This document shows positions 58,235-64,000 of a stretch of 64,000 nt of DNA, in pieces. Numbering within the stretch: position 1 is the stretch's first letter; the number at the start of each line of letters is the position of its first letter. The position numbers and the translations under genes were made by a program. The stretch is from assembly GCA_964035545.1 (NCBI GenBank), contig OZ037773.1:6477751-6541750 (forward strand), given 5' to 3'. Under the pieces are notes generated by a model that worked only from the letters and a program-made list of their open reading frames with translations, had not been told where the DNA came from and did no database searches. Source of the DNA: Bugula neritina. Lineage: Eukaryota > Animalia > Bryozoa.

Positions 58235-59498
58235 CCTGATGTGTTAAACGTTTTAGATTCAGAAGTCTCAAACTCCCCAGATAAAGTTTAGAATGCATTT
58301 AGAAAAATTATTTGCAGGCTATGCTTGTTTGCTTGTTGTTTTCACTAGCTTTAAAGCAGCTTTCTTAACTCATGTACAATATCTACATACAGTCACAATC
58401 AAAATTATGAAACCACCAACAAACGACTTATTTTTGCAGTGGATTCATATTTTGCTCAGTACTTATAAAGTGAAATAAGAAATTATGCACATCAATGGAA
58501 AGCTAATTATGCTTTCTACAATAATCTCCAAAAATAATTTCTTTTACTTTAGTAAGTTTAATAAAACTTTGAGTCAATATAGTAGCATTGGTATTGAAAT
58601 ACTCTAAAACAAGCTGCACTTATTTTTTTTAAAGAAAAAGTGCTATAGACCCTGTTTTATCAAAATTCGTTTTCAAAGTGCAATTAGTAGCCCTGAGAGA
58701 ATTTATTGAGGATATTTAATGCATCATATTTTTTGGTTGACCAGTCATTGCTGTTAATTATAGTTTGACAACGTCTCAAGATGCCGACAACCAGTTTGGA
58801 GAGAGCAATTCCAAAGACAAAATTTAAAGTCTGGATTAAAAGATAGATTCTCTTGTTAAATGTTATCTTTCTTCATGTGTGTCTATGTTAGCGCCATTCA
58901 GTTTTAGGTTGAAATTTTTCCTCTGCGTTCTTATTAGGTAGGAGTAGAAAAATTGAAAAGAGTTAGGTTATACAAATGTAGCAGAATAGATTATTTCCTT
59001 GTGAGAGTTTCAACTGCACCCTGAACCAAAGTTTAGTAATGAAATTAAAGAACTTAGCCTTTCTCAATTTCTCAACTACTGCTCTTAAGTCATGGTACTT
59101 ATAGCTGTTTTTCTACAAATAATATTTTTCATACGTTTTCCCATCTATAATAATATAATATATGACTACCTCGAAATGCTTAGCAAACTTGCAAAGTACT
59201 GTGAGACTCAAATCATATTTTTATAATTATTAACAATGTGGTTACAAGTTTACCAAATCTTGTAATAGCATAATCATCAGTTATGAATAATAATATTTAT
59301 TTTAAATAATTGAGCTGTATTCGTCAAATAACTATTAATAAGTGAATTACAATAACAAATGAATACAAAATGATTATTATGAAAACAAACAGGAATAAGA
59401 AACAGTTAGATCTGGGATAGGTCAACGTCCATCAGCTCTGCCTGTATATTATATTTTATGTTGAGGTTTTCTGACTTGGGTGTGGTGTTGACAGTTTT

Positions 59499-62400
59499 CT
59501 AGAATTGAAATCTTAAGTTTCGTCCTAAAATAATGTAAAGCATGTACAATAATTGCCACCATTCAATTATTGATAACGAAAAAGAATGCTTAAGTAATGC
59601 TTAAAGTATTTATTTACTATCAGTATAATCGCGAAGGTTTACTCGTCTCCTAGGTATCTCCAACAACATAGTTTCAAGTATCCATGCATCCGTTCTAATA
59701 CCCTCCACAAAATCTGTATAGTCAAAGTAACCACGGTTACCCTAGAAGACAACAATTTTAGCATTATCTGCCTAATGCCTAATATTACTAATCAGAAACT
59801 AATAATTTTTATGCACAATATTGTTTAAATTACACCAAGTCTTTTAAGAGCTTCAACAAACTTAACCGTAAAGCACATAAAGATGTGCTACTTCAGAAAT
59901 GGTTTTAAACCAGTGTGTGAGTGGGTGAGTGGGTGAGTGTGTGAGTGTGTGAGTGTGTGAGTGTGTGAGTGTGTGAGTGTGTGAGTGTGTGAGTGTGTGA
60001 GTGTGTGAGTGTGTGTGTGTGAGTGTGTGAGTGTGTGAGTGTGTGAGTGTGTGTGTGTGAGTGTGTGAGTGTGTGAGTGTGTGAGTGTGTGAGTGTGTGA
60101 GTGTGTGAGTGTGTGAGTGTGTGAGTGTGTGAGTGTGTGAGTGTGTGAGTGTGTGTGTGTGAGTGTGTGAGTGTGTGAGTGTGTGAGTGTGTGTGTGTGA
60201 GTGTGTGAGTGTGTGAGTGTGTGAGTGTGTGAGTGTGTGAGTGTGTGAGTGTGTGAGTGTGTGAGTGTGTGAGTGTGTGAGTGTGTGAGTGTGTGAGTGT
60301 GTGAGTGTGAGTGTGTGAGTGTGTGAGTGTGTGAGTGTGTGAGTGTGTGAGTGTGTGAGTGTGTGAGTGTGTGAGTGTGTGAGTGTGTGAGTGTGTGAGT
60401 GTGTGAGTGTGTGTGTGTGTAGCTAGCTATTATAGGTACCAGGTACTACTTAACTTACTGCATCCAATATAGAAAATATATTGTTAGTTCGAGTGTCTGG
60501 AGTATCATATTGATTAGTCAATGGTTTCCCAAGCAACTCGTAGGATGCTCGAAGTACTTTCCTCATATCTGATTTTGTGACAGCATCGGCTTTACTGATA
60601 TCGAAGATTTTAAATGCCCCTAAAATGCAATAAACTAACAGGATAACAAAAGTAAAATGGAGTTTTTAAGCTCAACACAAACCACGTTTGTAAATTTGAA
60701 AACCACACACACCATGGTTTTCTTTATAGGAAAGGATAACTCTATTTTTACTGCAGAAAACTCTAAAAAAACTATAAGCCACATTTAAAAGCTTTACTGG
60801 TTTTCTCAAGATATTTGAGGTGTACAAGACAAACAAACAAACAATTTGTATACATGCATGCTTTTGCATGGGATAAAAGAGTACGTATATACAATAAACA
60901 CACTTTGCACGTTGTTCATTATAAAATTTCAGCTTAAATATATGAAATCTAGAAGCAAAGTCATTAGCAAAAGAATTTTAGTAATAATTTTTGGGCAGCA
61001 GATATCACACCATATTTGCTCTTGCTTATGGCTTGTTATGAACAGCAAAACATAAAACCAAAATACTAGCTATTACAGATGGTTGAGTATAAACAACAAA
61101 CTATAAGTTGTAATGGCCTGTCCTTACATTTCAACTGATCAATTAGCTCTCCTGTCTCAGCACTCATGCAAGTAAGGAACTTCCCAAAACCCATCTTTCC
61201 AAATGGCTTGACACCGGCAGCGTTGAAGTACAGTTTAGCGTATTTAGTAGGGTTGCCATTTGGATGCTTTATTTGCAAGTGAAATACAAAATCCTGTACA
61301 AAAGAAACATCACAGCCAAAAGATTGAAAGTTTCAATGCATCAGTTGCATTATAGTTCTACTTGTATATTAATTTAAACATAAAAATAGCCTACATTGAT
61401 GTGTAATTATTTAATGCTGTAGGGGTAAGGGTCATAGGGGTACAAAAAGCCGGCCAAATTGTGAAAGAACTTATTGACTTAGAGTTGTGATTTTTTTTTC
61501 ATAAAAAGATATTGACATAATTATTTAGCCTTTGTAGTTTCAACACTTGCGGAATATACGTGTTGAAAAGGCGAGTAAAAAACCATTTTTACCTAATTTT
61601 TGTAAATTTTTAAGGATGTCGTTAGAGCCTTATAACTTTTTACACTCAAAGGCAAGAAGCCTAGATTTTACTGATACTGTTGCTATTGCTTGTCTCTACA
61701 ATGCTTAACTAGTATAATAGCAAACACTGAAATAAATTTTCCTTGAGGCACATTTATTTTCAATTTGGCTACACGGGCACAATGGGCCACGCTGACCGGG
61801 GCACAATGGCCCACCTGATTATTGCACCCTGATCACTGTTATTAGTTTGTTTGCCCAAAAAATTGGTTGAAATGCTACTAAAATCTATAAGTACAGCCAT
61901 TTCTGACCTTTTTGTAAAATATCAAAGATATCATGGTAAGACTACAAAACTACAAGTTGAAGCTCCCCTAAGACATACATCTGGTGAGGTTAAAGCTTTA
62001 CCATTTTATACATAATACAAAACACTCTGCCGTTGCTACTAGCAGATAGTCATGATATCCATTATACATTATACCATTGAGGGAATATACATGCATTTGA
62101 CTAAAATAAGTTGTGATTTGCTCATTTGCTCCCCCTCTCCCTTCCGTACTCCAGTCATAAACCTCAGCCATGCATGCACCTTAGCTACAGTTCATTGAAA
62201 AAAGTTCACTCAGAATTTTGTAGTACATGTTAGTAAAGATTTTTTTTTAATAAACGTTGCTCTGAAGTGAAAATAACAAAACATTTTTAGTTTTAAACAG
62301 TAAAGATAATGGCACTGCAGAACCGAGTGACGTGCGTTTGATTTTGCCTTCCTCTGCTATCCGTAGTGGCACAAACTGTACAGCTAAAACAAGAATTTTG

Positions 62401-63880
62401 CTGTAGATCTGAAAGAGTATCTTTATTTATTTGTAATATTAAATAAATAAAGATCAGATGTAAGAAAATACGCAAAATTTCAATATATTTGTTGTGTCCC
62501 ACCCGGTACCGGGGTACAATGGGCCAATTTTTTTGTCATGAAAATTTCATTATTCTGAAAGTTGTGAGAGAGATAGAAACAACAAACTGGTACCTGTAAT
62601 AGACAACAGATGTAGCATTAAGACTAGAAATTATTGAACTAGTAACTTGAAAAACAGACGAATGAGAGCAACAAATACAAAATTCGGCCCGTTGTGCCCC
62701 TGTTACCCCTATCTGATTTTCCTTTCATCATAAAATTTTCTTTTTCTTAATGCTTTGAGATGATGATAAATATCTCCAAATATTAGATGGTATTAAAGTT
62801 GTTTAGTAATTATTCCAAGGGCAGGATTACTGAATTAGCATACCAATATATCAGTAGATATATAGCGAGTCATTTCTGGGTATCGCAATTTTAAGTTTAA
62901 ACATTTCTATTTGAGAAAATATGTTTTTTAAAGAGTGTTTTGCAGGAAGTAAATAAACATATAAATATTGTGCTTTAGAAGCATATGCAATAATATTTTA
63001 ATTAAATACAGCTGAATTAAAAATTTTAATGCTCTTATTTTACAACTTCAATGAAGTATATGAGTTGGTTATCAAAAATATAATTCAATTTTCAAAGTAC
63101 AACTTTATTTATTACGTAATAACATTATTTCGGTAATGTTTGCTGTATATATGTACTATCAGCTACCTACACTTGCCTTGTATTTTTATTTTTCTGAGAA
63201 TTATTTCTTGCTTAACAAAATGTTAATAAATAAATTGCAATTTATATGTATATTTTGTATAAATTTTGATTTGGGAAGAAATGGTTTTCTAATTATTTGA
63301 GGTACTCACTTCTCTAGTGATATATCCAGATGGAAATCTCTCAAGAAAAAAGCCATGCCTAAAACAAAGGAATCAGTAGTAACACTTGTCAGTGTTTAGG
63401 TTTTACAAGTTTTAGCAAGTTGTTTTTACACTTTTTTGTTTTAAAAATTGTACCAACACTAAACTCTAAATTTTACTAACTGCAATGATTTGCAGTTCAT
63501 AAAATCAAAGTGTTATGTTATAAGTTAGTTTGCTCTTTAGTTTGTGACCTTTGCATTCATTAACCTGTAACTTTAAAACTAATAGGAATTTAGTTTGAAA
63601 ATTTGAAAAGTGCATATCACGTTTAGACATTACTTATCTAAAAGAAATTTAAAAAACAAAAATTACAATATTTGGAACATGCTGCAAATAATCCATTTAT
63701 AGTGTAGCTCATAAACTCTTGAAAGTTCTTATATAATTTTATAAAATTTAAAATTTAAAGAAATAGTAAGTAAATGGAAGTAAATTTAGATTTTACATGC
63801 TACGATTCAACAAGTTTGATCAATAAAAATATTTAATCGCTTTTGGGTGACTCACCAGTGTATAATTTCTATGCAGTTAT
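59499..63880 (-). CDS. NCS-L: paralog of NCS-I/J/K, 5'-partial (exon 1 lies beyond the window)
   Basis: Exons 63880-63856, 63358-63310, 61293-61128, 60619-60459, 59741-59618, 59524-59499, open frame. Ends RRNLRFQF*. Confidence 0.84.
59913..60420. repeat. (GTGTGA)n hexanucleotide satellite, about 500 bp, in NCS-L intron 5
   Basis: Directly visible; absent from the paralogous introns. Confidence 0.95.
61422..62709. mobile_element. Non-autonomous DNA transposon, ~1.29 kb, with imperfect TIRs and TA target duplication
   Basis: TA-GGGGTAA...GGGGTACAA...GGCCAAATT at the left end and AATTCGGCCCGTTGTGCCCCTGTTACCCC-TA at the right. The flanks rejoin to match the empty site in NCS-J intron 3 (~52310). 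No transposase ORF. Confidence 0.8.
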
Positions 63881-64000
63881 CTGTAAAAAAAATTGTTTTA
63901 TACATTAGAAGAATTACAGCTGCAAGTTGTTACAGTAAAATACTATTCAGAGAGAGATATAATATAATCATTTACTACAGCAGAAGTGCAAAAAACACAA

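Overview
AT-rich eukaryotic (most likely invertebrate animal) genomic DNA with spliceosomal GT-AG introns. Almost the whole window is a tandem cluster of neuronal calcium sensor (NCS-1/frequenin family) EF-hand genes. I assembled 13 loci by hand: 11 complete gene models (one, NCS-D, with a probable frameshift) and 2 cut by the window edges, plus 2 pseudogene remnants. All complete models share one intron-exon skeleton: exon 1 starting Met-Gly, a 25-nt micro-exon, then exons of 49-52, 166-169 and 158-164 nt, then a last exon. Only the central gene (26280-30951) has the canonical CPSG EF1 and three intact Ca2+ loops. The paralogs keep Gly2 and open frames but have remodelled or dead EF loops and new termini: a triplicated acidic cassette exon, Arg/Ser-rich N-termini, and an extra mini-exon encoding a C-terminal F-x-F. 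The left part is a segmental duplication with reciprocal pseudogenisation. Non-coding elements include a type I hammerhead ribozyme in a structured insert between (TA)n tracts, a tRNA-derived SINE family, a TTAA-flanked MITE family, a TA-flanked 1.3-kb DNA element, tRNA-like repeats, palindromes and satellites. Gene labels NCS-0 and NCS-A to NCS-L are my own. All models are manual and lack transcript support.
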